Of a stretch of DNA of 64,000 nucleotides, positions 18,046-28,284 are shown in pieces. Below the pieces are notes generated by a model. It was given only the letters and a program-made list of their open reading frames with translations. It had not been told where the DNA came from and ran no database searches. The stretch is from an uncultured virus (IMG/VR IMGVR_UViG_3300005934_000003) (Duplodnaviria; Heunggongvirae; Uroviricota; Caudoviricetes). The stretch lies in IMG/VR virus record IMGVR_UViG_3300005934_000003. One strand, written 5' to 3'. Numbering within the stretch: position 1 is the stretch's first letter; every line of letters starts with the position of its first letter. Position numbers and translations under genes: made by a program.

Positions 18046-19239
18046 CTACAATTGATTTATAGGTGGAACTTTGATTACTTCTCCGGAGCCGCCAATTTTT
18101 ATTTCTGATGTACCGTCTGCAAAGTCTGTAATTGTTTCTCCACTAGTGGTTTGAATTTGTCCAATAATTTCACTCGAACCTGCAGAAGCAACAGTTTGCT
18201 TTTTAGCATCAAACTTATTAGCACCCATTACATTAACCGCTCTCTGTGTACCGTTGACGATTGCTTTTTTACTAATGTTTTCAATTTCATTTGATACACC
18301 TTCTTTTGTTAAGTTTTTAGCATTGTCAATTGTATTTTTTGCTTTAATGGCTGTACCAATTAATGCAAAAGGATTGCTAAGAACATTAGGATCCTGTAAA
18401 TCGCCGAACACATCTAATCCTCCGGCAATAACACCACCTGCACCAAAGAGACCTCCTCCACCGCCTCCCATAATACTTAACGGAGATGGAGTCTTATCAT
18501 AATGAATACTGGAAAATCCTCCAGGTGAAGATCTAACTGAACCTTCTGCATATCTAATACCTTCATAGATAACAACCATTTGATTTTCTGCTGGTGCTGA
18601 ACTACTTGCATCGTGTGTTGGTGGGGTCCAAGATTGTACCATAGGATTAATTAATTCAAACTGTTTAAATTTTTGTCTGCTTAATTGATAGATACTAATT
18701 TCATTAAAGAATCTTCTTGAACGGAAATTATCTAAACCAAATTTAAATGGTCCTGCAGGATTAGGACTGTAAGTTGTTGTTTGTTGTAGTGCATCAACGT
18801 ACTGCGAGTCAGCATAGTTGGCTTTGAAATATTGTTCCCACATACCGCTAACAACATTTGAATTATCGTCGTGGAAAGTAAATGTTACAGGAGAATATTG
18901 TATACCTGTTTGAATATTTGTTTTCTTACCATATTGATTTTTTGTTTCTGTATTAACTTGAATGCCAGGAAGTGTTACATTCTTACATAACATACCACAT
19001 TCGATCTGTGGTGCTCCTTTGCTAAATCCAAATGGTGCAAAACCAAACAACGTTGGTGCTTTTGCCGCCGCTCCGTCAAATCCAAAATATACGTGATAAA
19101 GAAACCCAACTTTTGGAGCAAGGGCCATAGTGTTGTCTGTGAATAATCTAGCCGCGTGTTGATAATCACGCATATCGCCTTCACCGCTAAAAATACCTTG
19201 TACAACGTTGCCGAGAAATTTAGTAATCTTGTTTGCCAT
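18046..19239 (-). CDS. Tail-tube-like baseplate protein (gp54/gp48-like)
   Basis: CKNVTLPG, NQYGKK, YSPVTFTFHDD, ISIYQL, LINPMV; directly downstream of the tail tube gene. Confidence 0.6.
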   Translation of the reverse strand: MANKITKFLGNVVQGIFSGEGDMRDYQHAARLFTDNTMALAPKVGFLYHVYFGFDGAAAKAPTLFGFAPFGFSKGAPQIECGMLCKNVTLPGIQVNTETKNQYGKKTNIQTGIQYSPVTFTFHDDNSNVVSGMWEQYFKANYADSQYVDALQQTTTYSPNPAGPFKFGLDNFRSRRFFNEISIYQLSRQKFKQFELINPMVQSWTPPTHDASSSAPAENQMVVIYEGIRYAEGSVRSSPGGFSSIHYDKTPSPLSIMGGGGGGLFGAGGVIAGGLDVFGDLQDPNVLSNPFALIGTAIKAKNTIDNAKNLTKEGVSNEIENISKKAIVNGTQRAVNVMGANKFDAKKQTVASAGSSEIIGQIQTTSGETITDFADGTSEIKIGGSGEVIKVPPINQL

Positions 19240-19255
19240 ACTATTATTTAGTCAT

Positions 19256-19290
19256 AAAAAAAGGCCGGTGATTTTTTAGGTCACCGACCT
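19256..19290 (-). terminator. Rho-independent terminator after the tail tube gene
   Basis: Minus strand AGGTCGGTGA-cctaaaaaa-TCACCGGCCT followed by a T run. Confidence 0.8.
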
Positions 19291-19310
19291 TAAATTCTAT
19301 ATAGCGTCTA

Positions 19311-19937
19311 TTAGCCTGTTGCTAAAGTTCTAATAGATCTACCAATTGCTTGACCAATACCATCTGGTTGACCAGCACCATTAGTTTGGATAGCGTTATC
19401 AAACTGTATTGACATTGTGATGTCAACTGGGTTTGAATCACTGTAAGTTAATTGGTTGTAGTTGATGTCTTGAATAAAGCAACCTACTAACTCGAAAGTT
19501 TCTAAAACGGTAGGAGCATTGGCACCGTTACCACCATCGAGTACTTCGATTCTTGATTTAAACTTGTAGTCAACACCACTAGCCGCACTTGACTGTTCGA
19601 AGAAATCAAATTGTTTCTGCATTTGCTCTCCACATAATTTGTTAACAGCGTTGTTAACATCGTCACGTACTGTTAGTGTAATTGGTTGCCAACTATGCTT
19701 ACCAGCATAATAAACTTTTGAGTTGTACACATCAATTGCGATTGACTCAAAGTTTACGTTTGGTCTAGTAACATCAATTACTTGTTTTGTTAATTCTACT
19801 ACTGGACTTCCTGCACCAAAGTTTTCAAGTGACACCCTAAAGCGATACTTTAGTTTTGGCATCAACAAGCCTTGTGTACTTGCTGACTGGTCACTCGCTA
19901 ACGGCACTGAAAATCTTGATAAACTTGAAATTGCCAT
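19311..19937 (-). CDS. 19: Tail tube protein (gp19-like)
   Basis: PKLKYRFRV, YYAGKHSWQPITLTVRDD, FELVGCF, LTYSDS, IQFDNA; follows the sheath gene. Confidence 0.85.
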   Translation of the reverse strand: MAISSLSRFSVPLASDQSASTQGLLMPKLKYRFRVSLENFGAGSPVVELTKQVIDVTRPNVNFESIAIDVYNSKVYYAGKHSWQPITLTVRDDVNNAVNKLCGEQMQKQFDFFEQSSAASGVDYKFKSRIEVLDGGNGANAPTVLETFELVGCFIQDINYNQLTYSDSNPVDITMSIQFDNAIQTNGAGQPDGIGQAIGRSIRTLATG

Positions 19938-19976
19938 TTTAATTTGCTCCTTTATTAAAGTTATTTATCACTTTCA

Positions 19977-22900
19977 TTATGCCCCTAGTGTTGCAATCTC
20001 ACCTGTGTTTTTAAGTCTTAATGGAATGTAAATGAATTCCACAGCCTTAACCGGTTCAATCGCTACGTCTAAGTAAAGTTCACTTCTATCAATTCTTGCA
20101 GGTGTGTTGTTTGATTCATCACACACTACTAAGAAGTCATATAGTGCTCTTTGTCCAACAAGTTCAAGTAATAAACTTTCTGTTGCTTGTTTGATCTCAT
20201 CACGTGTAATTTTATCGTTTGGTTCAAACATAAACGGTTTAGCCAACAATGTCATTTGACGTCTTAAGTATGCAACTAATCTTGCAACGTTAATTCTGTC
20301 TAATGCTGAGGCATTTTTTGCTCTAGTAAACTGACCGAAGTTAACTAAACCACTACCTGTAATAAAAGTTAATGGGTTAATTTTAACACCTGCCATTGTG
20401 TCTCTTACACCTTCGTTTAGTGAAACTGGTTTAAACTCACCTTCACCGTCGATGTAACCAACACTTGATGCGTTACCAATTCCACCTCTTCTTGTACCTG
20501 CTGGTGCAAACCAAGGATAAGAAACTGCATCACTTAAAGCAATAGTTCTTAGCATCATATGACTTGGTGGAACAACAATATTGTTACCATTTAAGTCAGT
20601 TGTAAAGCCTGATGGATAAAACACTGCCATATACTCATCGTAAGTTAGGAAGCCGTCATCACCATCTGCTAGTGCATTGTTTGAGTTGTTACCGTATGCT
20701 AACAATTCTGTTGCAGTAGAGCCTAATCTGAAAGGAGTATCTGCTACAACAAATCCTGTTATACCTCTGTCTACGTTTAGGTTAACAAGGTTGCTTGTTA
20801 ATTCTGCGTAGCCTGGTGCTGATAACAATGTAAATGTTCTTGTTTCTTCATCTCTTAAATCGTTGTTAGTATCAATTTCTGATTTAAGTGCCGCAACAAC
20901 TGTTTTACGTTGTGCTTTTCTTCCGAATAAACCTGAACCATCTTCAGCGTTAGTATTCCAACCAATCCATCTATCAACTTTGTAAGATGCCATTGATTCT
21001 TCTGTACCACCGTTGTATGTTGTACCAGTACCTTCGAAACGTTTGTTACGTCCGTTGTTTTCGTTAATGTCTATGTGACCTTTAACAAATTTCTTAACAT
21101 TGTAACCAGAACGTCTAGTGTTCCATAACAACATACCTCTTGGATATAAGTCTGGATCTGGAGCATCTGGATCTAAGTAGTCACTTGTTAAAAGTTGTTC
21201 AATAGTACCTGCTGTATCGCCTGTTGCACCTGTGTAACCGTAACGTGCATCTGCAAATAAGATACCATCTTCTGAAGTTTGATCAGTTACATCTACTTGG
21301 TTCCATTCTAAGTTGTTACCATCATATTTGTAAAGTACTACACCGTAGTCTTCAACATTTGATGTATCAACCCAAATATCGCCAGTTGCAAGTGATGTAC
21401 CATCTGATTGTAAAGTTGGTTTAGTTGCACTTACAATTGGACCTTTTGGATCTGTTGAACTAAAGATGTTTCCATAGCCTCTCCAAGTAGCACCATCGTG
21501 ATACATAATATCAACTTCATCTAGTACAGTGTTGTACCAAAGTGTACCATCTGCTGGAGTACTTGTAGGAGCACCTGCTTTTGCTTCGTAACTTAATGGC
21601 TTCCAGTTTGAAATAACAACTGTTGCACCACTGTTTGCTGGAGCACTGTAAACGTTGTCTGGTTTAGTTGCAACGTTAAAGCCTGCTACTACTAATGGAG
21701 TGTTAGTGCTATCAGTTAAAACAATCTCACCGCCTAATTTGTGTGAAATTTTAACATTACCTGTTGCAGTAACTTCTGCTGTAATGTTAGTTAAACCTTT
21801 TGCACTAATTGCCGCTACCATAGAAGCCGCATCAGTTCCAGTGAATGAAATTGATTGTGCAGTTCTTGGTGTAGCGTCGCCCGCCAATGTTTCGCTTAAT
21901 GTAAATGTTTTAGTACCTGCCGCAAAAGTTGGATTGCTAACAGACCCTACACCATTTGTTGGTGAAGGTGTAACTCTTCTGTAAAACTTAAGATCTGCTA
22001 AAGGTTTTGCACTACCTGTAGCATTTGCTAATACAAATAAGTCACCTGTTGCAATTTTTGTTCCACCTGTTGAATCAAGTTTTGCAATCGCTTCTGCTTT
22101 AGTATTGTAAATTGGTGCATTAATAGTTGACCATAAACCAGTTGAAGAACTGTATAGTTTAACTTTTAAACTTGCACCTAAGTTAGGATCAGTTGACTTA
22201 ACCCAAACACTACCATTTGGATGGTTGTTTGAATAAGTTGTGCCGCCAACTGTTACTGTGTCGCCTGACTTCCATTGAGGAACTTTTGTGTGTCCACTAA
22301 TTTGAAGTTCAACACCTGCATAGTAACCTGCTACAATACCTAAATCAGTTAAGTATGAACCTGTACCTTCTGCAATTAAAATAGCATTGTCAGTTGTTGA
22401 GCCGTCTGTTGATGCAGTACCATCTGTGTAAATTTCTAATCTACCTGATGTAGTAACTTTTGCACCAACGCCTGTAATACCAGCGGCGTTAATTGACTGA
22501 CAAAGTGTATCAACAGTACCACCACTGTTTGAAACAGTTTGGTTGTTGATAATAATTGATTTGTTAGGAGCAGATAAATTTCCGCTTGTTGGTGTAACTG
22601 TTGCACTTACTGTTGGGAAACTTGATTTCCAAGTAGTAGATGTCCAAGTAGTTGCAGTTGCAAAACCACCGTCATCAAAATATGACTCATCTTGTGAACC
22701 AATTTGTACCCATTTGTTAGATGCGTTTTTATACCAAATTTTGTTTTCTGTGTTAGCAGTAACGATAGCATAGTCACCAATTGCACCTACGCTGTCTTTT
22801 ACTCCTGTATATGTTCCGCTTGACCATCCATCTAAGTCACTAGTTGAAGAGATAACAGTTGGGATTTTATTAGTGAACTTTTGTGGTGATCTTGCCCATT

Positions 22901-23342
22901 CGAATATTCCGTAGTTTGAATCGTCTGTGTCAAACCAGTATGTTCCATCTGCCGCCGCACCTGCTGGAGCATCGCTTGATCCTGTTAATTGTCCTAGATC
23001 AACATCTGCTCTTACAACGTATGCTCTGTTGGCAACACCTAAATATGAATAAGCCGCTTGTAAGCCATATTCATTAAGTTCGTTACCGTGCAATGGATTG
23101 TTTGATGTATCTGTATAAAATGTTGGTACACCGAATGTATCTGTAAGTTCTCTTTGGCTTGTTACCAAATATACTTTTGATGCATTTGCTTTTGTTGTAC
23201 CTTGTGCTGTTCCTGTACCGCTACCGTTTGGTTTGCTCTGTGCTGTTGCCACTACAATAAGTGGAACAGTAGCACCAGCGGCAGGCGTGTAAAAACTTTC
23301 GTCAATTACGCTGACTTCAACTCCTGGTGATGATAGTGCCAT
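19977..23342 (-). CDS. 18: Tail sheath protein (gp18-like) with large insertion domains
   Basis: LSSPGVEVSVIDES, VPPS, PWFAPAGTRRG, INPL, SALDRINVARL, FEPNDKITR, VCDESNNT, IEPVKAVEFIYI. Confidence 0.95.
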   Translation of the reverse strand: MALSSPGVEVSVIDESFYTPAAGATVPLIVVATAQSKPNGSGTGTAQGTTKANASKVYLVTSQRELTDTFGVPTFYTDTSNNPLHGNELNEYGLQAAYSYLGVANRAYVVRADVDLGQLTGSSDAPAGAAADGTYWFDTDDSNYGIFEWARSPQKFTNKIPTVISSTSDLDGWSSGTYTGVKDSVGAIGDYAIVTANTENKIWYKNASNKWVQIGSQDESYFDDGGFATATTWTSTTWKSSFPTVSATVTPTSGNLSAPNKSIIINNQTVSNSGGTVDTLCQSINAAGITGVGAKVTTSGRLEIYTDGTASTDGSTTDNAILIAEGTGSYLTDLGIVAGYYAGVELQISGHTKVPQWKSGDTVTVGGTTYSNNHPNGSVWVKSTDPNLGASLKVKLYSSSTGLWSTINAPIYNTKAEAIAKLDSTGGTKIATGDLFVLANATGSAKPLADLKFYRRVTPSPTNGVGSVSNPTFAAGTKTFTLSETLAGDATPRTAQSISFTGTDAASMVAAISAKGLTNITAEVTATGNVKISHKLGGEIVLTDSTNTPLVVAGFNVATKPDNVYSAPANSGATVVISNWKPLSYEAKAGAPTSTPADGTLWYNTVLDEVDIMYHDGATWRGYGNIFSSTDPKGPIVSATKPTLQSDGTSLATGDIWVDTSNVEDYGVVLYKYDGNNLEWNQVDVTDQTSEDGILFADARYGYTGATGDTAGTIEQLLTSDYLDPDAPDPDLYPRGMLLWNTRRSGYNVKKFVKGHIDINENNGRNKRFEGTGTTYNGGTEESMASYKVDRWIGWNTNAEDGSGLFGRKAQRKTVVAALKSEIDTNNDLRDEETRTFTLLSAPGYAELTSNLVNLNVDRGITGFVVADTPFRLGSTATELLAYGNNSNNALADGDDGFLTYDEYMAVFYPSGFTTDLNGNNIVVPPSHMMLRTIALSDAVSYPWFAPAGTRRGGIGNASSVGYIDGEGEFKPVSLNEGVRDTMAGVKINPLTFITGSGLVNFGQFTRAKNASALDRINVARLVAYLRRQMTLLAKPFMFEPNDKITRDEIKQATESLLLELVGQRALYDFLVVCDESNNTPARIDRSELYLDVAIEPVKAVEFIYIPLRLKNTGEIATLGA

Positions 23343-23467
23343 TTTGTTATCTCCTTAAATTTTAAGTATCATTCTCATTTCAACTTATACATATTTAGCA
23401 ACTTCTCACAAAAACTCGCCGGATTATACGTTGAAAAAGGGGTCGAAAAGGGGTGGTAAATAATGTT

Positions 23468-23806
23468 ATGACTAGACCTTTATGTAATAACTGTAAGAAA
23501 AGACCTTGTGCAATTAACTATTACAAGGGTCGTAAGATATATTATAGAAAGAAGTGTGAACAGTGTACAACAGGTTCTACACCCGGTTCCCCGTTATGGT
23601 ACCAAATGGGTTATAGGCAAAAAGACCATTGTGAAAAATGTGGATTTGAAAGCAAAGAACCAATGCAGTTTAACGTGTTTCATATCGATGGAAAGTTAAC
23701 AAACTGTAGGCACAGCAATCTAAAAACTATATGTGCTAACTGTCAAAGATTGTTACACAAAGAGGGTGTTACTTGGAAGCAGGGAGACCTAACACCTGAC
23801 TTCTAA
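23468..23806 (+). CDS. Zn-binding HNH-like protein
   Basis: Several CxxC pairs and FHIDGKLTNCRHSNLKTICANCQR. Start reassigned to the ATG at 23468, 5 nt after TAAATA (23457-23462). Confidence 0.65.
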   Translation: MTRPLCNNCKKRPCAINYYKGRKIYYRKKCEQCTTGSTPGSPLWYQMGYRQKDHCEKCGFESKEPMQFNVFHIDGKLTNCRHSNLKTICANCQRLLHKEGVTWKQGDLTPDF

Positions 23807-24431
23807 CTTTATCATTAAGATCATTTAAGTCACCGTCGTTCTCAATAACATCGTCAACTTTTTCGCCTACCCAAGCATACTCACTAATATGTACATCAGG
23901 ATGTAGTTCTTTCATTTTGTCCACCCATACCATATTCTTAGTGGTTTGTGCTTCTCTGTTTGCTTCGTTTTGCTTTAATGCGTCTGCAAACCATTCAGGA
24001 TCTTTACCACGTTTAACACGGAATACCTTACCACGTAAACGTTTAATCATTTTAATTTCATTAGGAAAACGCACATCGCTGATAACAGCGTCCTGCTTCA
24101 TTTGTAGCAGTTTGCTTTCTAAACTAGCAATCCATATATCATCGTGAAAGCCTTTGCGTAGCACATCTGTACCCCAGTATTGTAATACCCAACGTGGAGT
24201 AAGTTTAGGCATATCTAGTTTCTCTGCCCACCACTCATCTACTTCTTCACGCCAAGCACGTGACTCTTCTGTGTTACCTTCTAGTGCTTCGCGATCCCAA
24301 CCAAATACGGCCGCAACAGCATCTTTAAGTGTGGTTGCAAAACTAACACGTTTAAAACCGCCCTCACTTACAAGAGTGTCGGCGCAAGTATCCTTGCCAG
24401 ACCCAATTAATCCAACGAAACCAATAATCAT
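23769..24431 (-). CDS. 1: Deoxynucleoside monophosphate kinase (T4 gp1-like)
   Basis: IIGFVGLIGSGKDT, SFATTLKD, TPRWVLQYWGTD, ISDVRFPNE, HISE, IENDG. Confidence 0.9.
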   Translation of the reverse strand: MIIGFVGLIGSGKDTCADTLVSEGGFKRVSFATTLKDAVAAVFGWDREALEGNTEESRAWREEVDEWWAEKLDMPKLTPRWVLQYWGTDVLRKGFHDDIWIASLESKLLQMKQDAVISDVRFPNEIKMIKRLRGKVFRVKRGKDPEWFADALKQNEANREAQTTKNMVWVDKMKELHPDVHISEYAWVGEKVDDVIENDGDLNDLNDKVRSQVLGLPASK

Positions 24432-24459
24432 ATGTTTATATACCTTTTATGAAGTTCTT

Positions 24460-24488
24460 ATTATATGCTTGTTTTTTGGTTTTGTCAA
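24460..24488 (-). promoter_or_regulatory. Consensus sigma70 promoter for dNMP kinase
   Basis: Minus strand TTGACA (24488-24483), 17-nt spacer, TATAAT (24465-24460). Confidence 0.85.
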
Positions 24489-24495
24489 TAGTTTT

Positions 24496-25257
24496 TTAGC
24501 CAATTACAAATGATAATGGTTTAGAACCGTCCACGTATGTGGATAATTCTGCTTCTAATTTGTCCATTTCATTTTGTGCGTCAGCCTTAAGTGAATCACC
24601 GTTTAGTGCTGTTCCACCCTGTGGTGTACTAATAGTTGCAAACTTACCTCTTGCTTCTGCTAACATATATTTGCTTACTGCTAAGGTATAATCTTTTAAC
24701 CACTGTCCAGCATATGGATCTTCGATTAGTGCAATTTCAGGACGAATGTTGTATAATTGCAACAGTACTTGTTCTGACGTTCTTGGTCTTTGCATTATTG
24801 TTAATTTTTTGCTTACAGGATCAAATTTGAAGTTAATAAAACTACCAAACATTTTTCCTACAAGTTCTTGATAACCTGCAAAAGCATAATAAGTTCCTAG
24901 GCCACCCATTTGAGTTGAACTTAAAAGATATGTATTTGTGTATGCAAGGTTAAAAGGTTCAAACAGTGTACCACCATCTCCACCGCCTGTTCTTGAACCA
25001 ATTGATCTACGGAATACTTCTCTAACAGATTGTACTTCGTTTGGAAGTATGTAATCGTTAGTATCTTCCTGTAATTCTAAAACAGCATAGGATTCTTCAA
25101 CAGCGTTTTCTGAACGTTGTCTAAGTTTACCTATGGCTTTCTCAAATGCTACATCATAGTGGTCTGCATCGAGTTCTACATCGATCATTCCGTCGCCAAG
25201 CATTTTGCGACAATAGTTAAAAACCTTCTGTTTTGCTAGATCTAATTGTGTGCTCAT
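24496..25257 (-). CDS. 13: Neck protein (gp13-like)
   Basis: YCRKMLGDGMIDVEL, WLKDYTLA, GKF..I..PQGGTALNG, terminal PLSFVIG. Confidence 0.8.
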   Translation of the reverse strand: MSTQLDLAKQKVFNYCRKMLGDGMIDVELDADHYDVAFEKAIGKLRQRSENAVEESYAVLELQEDTNDYILPNEVQSVREVFRRSIGSRTGGGDGGTLFEPFNLAYTNTYLLSSTQMGGLGTYYAFAGYQELVGKMFGSFINFKFDPVSKKLTIMQRPRTSEQVLLQLYNIRPEIALIEDPYAGQWLKDYTLAVSKYMLAEARGKFATISTPQGGTALNGDSLKADAQNEMDKLEAELSTYVDGSKPLSFVIG

Positions 25258-25262
25258 ACGTA

Positions 25263-25291
25263 TATTTATACTTAGACGGAAACTATAAATA
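25263..25291. promoter_or_regulatory. Back-to-back divergent TATAAATA late promoters for gp13 (minus) and gp14 (plus)
   Basis: tatttata at 25263-25270 and tataaata at 25284-25291, within a 42-bp intergenic gap. Confidence 0.8.
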
Positions 25292-25299
25292 CAATTACT

Positions 25300-26415
25300 A
25301 TGCCAAGATTAAGTTTATACAAACCAGAGAAATCGGCGGATTATCGCTTTATAGACCGTAACATCAACGAAATGTTCCAGATTGGTGGTACAGACGTATT
25401 TGTACACAAATATCTAGGACCTCAAGAGCCTACGGAAAGCAGTCCAACACAACCCGCGGGTGTTAGTGATATTCCTGAGACCAAAATACAAGACCTATTG
25501 TTTTTAGAAAATAGAGATAGAAAGTATGCTCAGGATGTATACACAATTAGAGGAATTTATAATGTACAAGATTTAGATTTTGATCTAAGTCAGTTCGGTA
25601 TGTTTTTACAAAACGACACAGTGTTTATTACTTTTCATTTAAACACATCAGTTGAAAATCTTGGAAGAAAATTAATGAGTGGTGACGTATTAGAATTGCC
25701 ACACCTAAAAGATGACTATGCTCTTAATGACTTTGCGGTGAGTTTAAAACGCTTTTATGTTATTGAAGATGTAAGTCGTCCAAGCGAAGGCTTTTCACAA
25801 ACTTGGTACCCGCATTTGCTTAGAGCAAAATGTAAACCAGTTATGGACAGTCAAGAATTTAAAGACATCTTTAATAAAGATGCTGGTGCAGGTGACGGAA
25901 GTACATTACGTGATATTATGTCAACCTATGATAAAGAAATGCAAATTAATCAGGCTGTTATTGCCCAAGCAGAAGCAGATGCACCTAAATCAGGTTATGA
26001 CACACATCAATATTTTGTTGTGCCTACCGACGATGCTGGTAATGTTGATATTGTAGATGATGGTTCATCAACACCAACCTTACAAACACCAAGCGGAAAC
26101 TACTATATTAAATATGGTGGCGGAGACGGCAAACCTGCTAACGGATCTCCATATACGTTTGGTACTAGTTTTCCTAGCGGTGCAGAAAAAGGTGATTATC
26201 ATTTAAGGAACGATTATATGCCTAATAGATTATTTAGATATGATGGCAAACATTGGTTACAGGTTAGTGACGGTGCTAGAATGGCATTAACTGACAAGGC
26301 TCCGGGTGTTGTTTCAGGATTTGTTAACAATACAAACACAAATACAATTGGTGGCAAAACAGTTGAAGAACGTCAAAGTCTTACCGATGCACTTAAACCT
26401 AAGGCAGATGTATAA
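25300..26415 (+). CDS. 14: Neck protein (gp14-like)
   Basis: IQDLLFLENRDRKY, DLSQFGMFL, GDVLELPHL; located between gp13-like and gp15-like genes. Confidence 0.65.
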   Translation: MPRLSLYKPEKSADYRFIDRNINEMFQIGGTDVFVHKYLGPQEPTESSPTQPAGVSDIPETKIQDLLFLENRDRKYAQDVYTIRGIYNVQDLDFDLSQFGMFLQNDTVFITFHLNTSVENLGRKLMSGDVLELPHLKDDYALNDFAVSLKRFYVIEDVSRPSEGFSQTWYPHLLRAKCKPVMDSQEFKDIFNKDAGAGDGSTLRDIMSTYDKEMQINQAVIAQAEADAPKSGYDTHQYFVVPTDDAGNVDIVDDGSSTPTLQTPSGNYYIKYGGGDGKPANGSPYTFGTSFPSGAEKGDYHLRNDYMPNRLFRYDGKHWLQVSDGARMALTDKAPGVVSGFVNNTNTNTIGGKTVEERQSLTDALKPKADV

Positions 26416-27845
26416 TGCAACATTTTTATGATGGACAAATAAGAAGATTTGTTACCCAGTTTATGAGGGTAATGAGTAACTTCTCCTACAAAGACGGCGC
26501 AGGTACATTACGCAAAATACCTGTAAGTTATGGTAATTTAACAAGACAGGTTGCACATATTCTAAGAGATAATTCAGAAAACAAAGTATTAAGTGCTCCA
26601 CGTATTGCCGCTTATATTACAGGATTAGATTATGCTAGAGATAGAGTACAAAATCCTACACACGTAAGCAAGTTAAATTTACGTGAAAGAGAATTTGACG
26701 AAAACACAGGAGCATATACAAACAAACAAGGTCCAGGTTATACAGTAGAACGTGTTATGCCTGTTCCTTTTACACTAAGAATAAAATGTGATATTTGGTC
26801 AACTAATACAGATCAAAAATTACAGATAATGGAACAAATTTTAGTTTTGTTTAATCCTAGTTTAGAAATACAAACAACAAACAATTATATTGACTGGACT
26901 AGTTTAAGTTTAATTGAATTAGACAGTGTTGCATTTTCCACTAGAAGTATTCCACAAGGTACAGAAACAGATATTGATATTGGTGAACTAACTTTTATGA
27001 TGCCTATATGGATTACACCTCCTGCTAAAGTTAAAAAACTTGGTGTTATTGAAAAAATTATTATGAGCGTGTTTGATGAAACAGGTTCTATCTCCGATGG
27101 CATTATAGATGAAACACTAGCAATGGCTACTGTTGTTGAATCTCCGGGTAATTTCGACTTATTGGTTATTAATAATACGGCAAAACTATTAGGGGGATCT
27201 GAAGGCGTTAACGAAAAGCAAGGTGCAAAAGGTAAAACTTTTGAAAGAACAGGACAACCTATTAGTTGGTTTAAACTATTAGATATGTATCCAGGAAAAT
27301 TCACTGCTGGTACTAGTACTATAAGATTAATGAAAGCCGACAGTAGTGAGGTTGTTGCTACTTGTAGTGTAAATCCCACTGACGATACTGAAATGGTACT
27401 TTCAATTGATGCAAGTACTATACCTTCGAATACATCATTAACAGATTCAGTTAATACAAGAGGAACTGTTGATGCTATTATTGATCCATTAACATTTAAT
27501 CCTACAGACGATGGTTTAGTTGCTGGTAGACGCTACTTGATATTAAATGATATTCATCCAAAATTAAAAAATGATAGTTCAGATGCTAATATGAATGCTT
27601 GGCAAAACGCTGATGGTACACTGTTTAGTGCAGGCCAAAATGATATTATTACTTGGACTGGAACACAATGGGAAGTAACATTCGACGCTTCTGCACATAA
27701 CGATGGAGCCGATTCTGCTCAGTCATCATCGCCCGTGTACATAACTAATATATACACAGGAATTCAATACAAATATGACAACGGTAGTTGGACAAAAAGT
27801 TTTGAAGGTGAATATGAGAGCAAAGAATGGCGACTAGTACTTTAG
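26415..27845 (+). CDS. 15: Tail sheath stabilizer/terminator (gp15-like) with a C-terminal extension
   Basis: HFYDGQIRRFVTQF, IPVSYG, PRIA, MPVPF, QIMEQILVLFNPSL. Confidence 0.8.
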   Translation: MQHFYDGQIRRFVTQFMRVMSNFSYKDGAGTLRKIPVSYGNLTRQVAHILRDNSENKVLSAPRIAAYITGLDYARDRVQNPTHVSKLNLREREFDENTGAYTNKQGPGYTVERVMPVPFTLRIKCDIWSTNTDQKLQIMEQILVLFNPSLEIQTTNNYIDWTSLSLIELDSVAFSTRSIPQGTETDIDIGELTFMMPIWITPPAKVKKLGVIEKIIMSVFDETGSISDGIIDETLAMATVVESPGNFDLLVINNTAKLLGGSEGVNEKQGAKGKTFERTGQPISWFKLLDMYPGKFTAGTSTIRLMKADSSEVVATCSVNPTDDTEMVLSIDASTIPSNTSLTDSVNTRGTVDAIIDPLTFNPTDDGLVAGRRYLILNDIHPKLKNDSSDANMNAWQNADGTLFSAGQNDIITWTGTQWEVTFDASAHNDGADSAQSSSPVYITNIYTGIQYKYDNGSWTKSFEGEYESKEWRLVL

Positions 27846-28276
27846 ATAAAGATATTATTTGTAGCGGTGCATTATTTTATGCACGTGATACCAAACGTTT
27901 CCTATTTCTACAAAGAACTAAATCTAAACAAGCAGGTCAATGGGGACTAGTTGGCGGAACTGCTGAAAAAGGTGAAACTCCTTGGTCTTCTTTACAAAGA
28001 GAAATTAAAGAAGAAGTAGGCGAAACAGGAAAAATTCAAAAAGTTATTCCTTTAGAAATGTTTACATCAACAGATGAAAAATTCTTTTTTCATACATTTA
28101 TTGCTATCATAGAAAAAGAATTTATGCCAACACTTAACGGTGAACATAGCAGTTACGCCTGGTGTGCATTTAAGTCTTTTCCAAAACCTTTACACGTGGG
28201 TTTAAGAAATACACTACTCAACAAAACTAATCAAATTAAACTAAAAACTATCGTTGATATTATTGATAACATTTAA
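27827..28276 (+). CDS. NUDIX hydrolase
   Basis: Nudix box GGTAEKGETPWSSLQREIKEEVG. Confidence 0.9.
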   Translation: MATSTLDKDIICSGALFYARDTKRFLFLQRTKSKQAGQWGLVGGTAEKGETPWSSLQREIKEEVGETGKIQKVIPLEMFTSTDEKFFFHTFIAIIEKEFMPTLNGEHSSYAWCAFKSFPKPLHVGLRNTLLNKTNQIKLKTIVDIIDNI

Positions 28277-28284
28277 GGGTTTAT

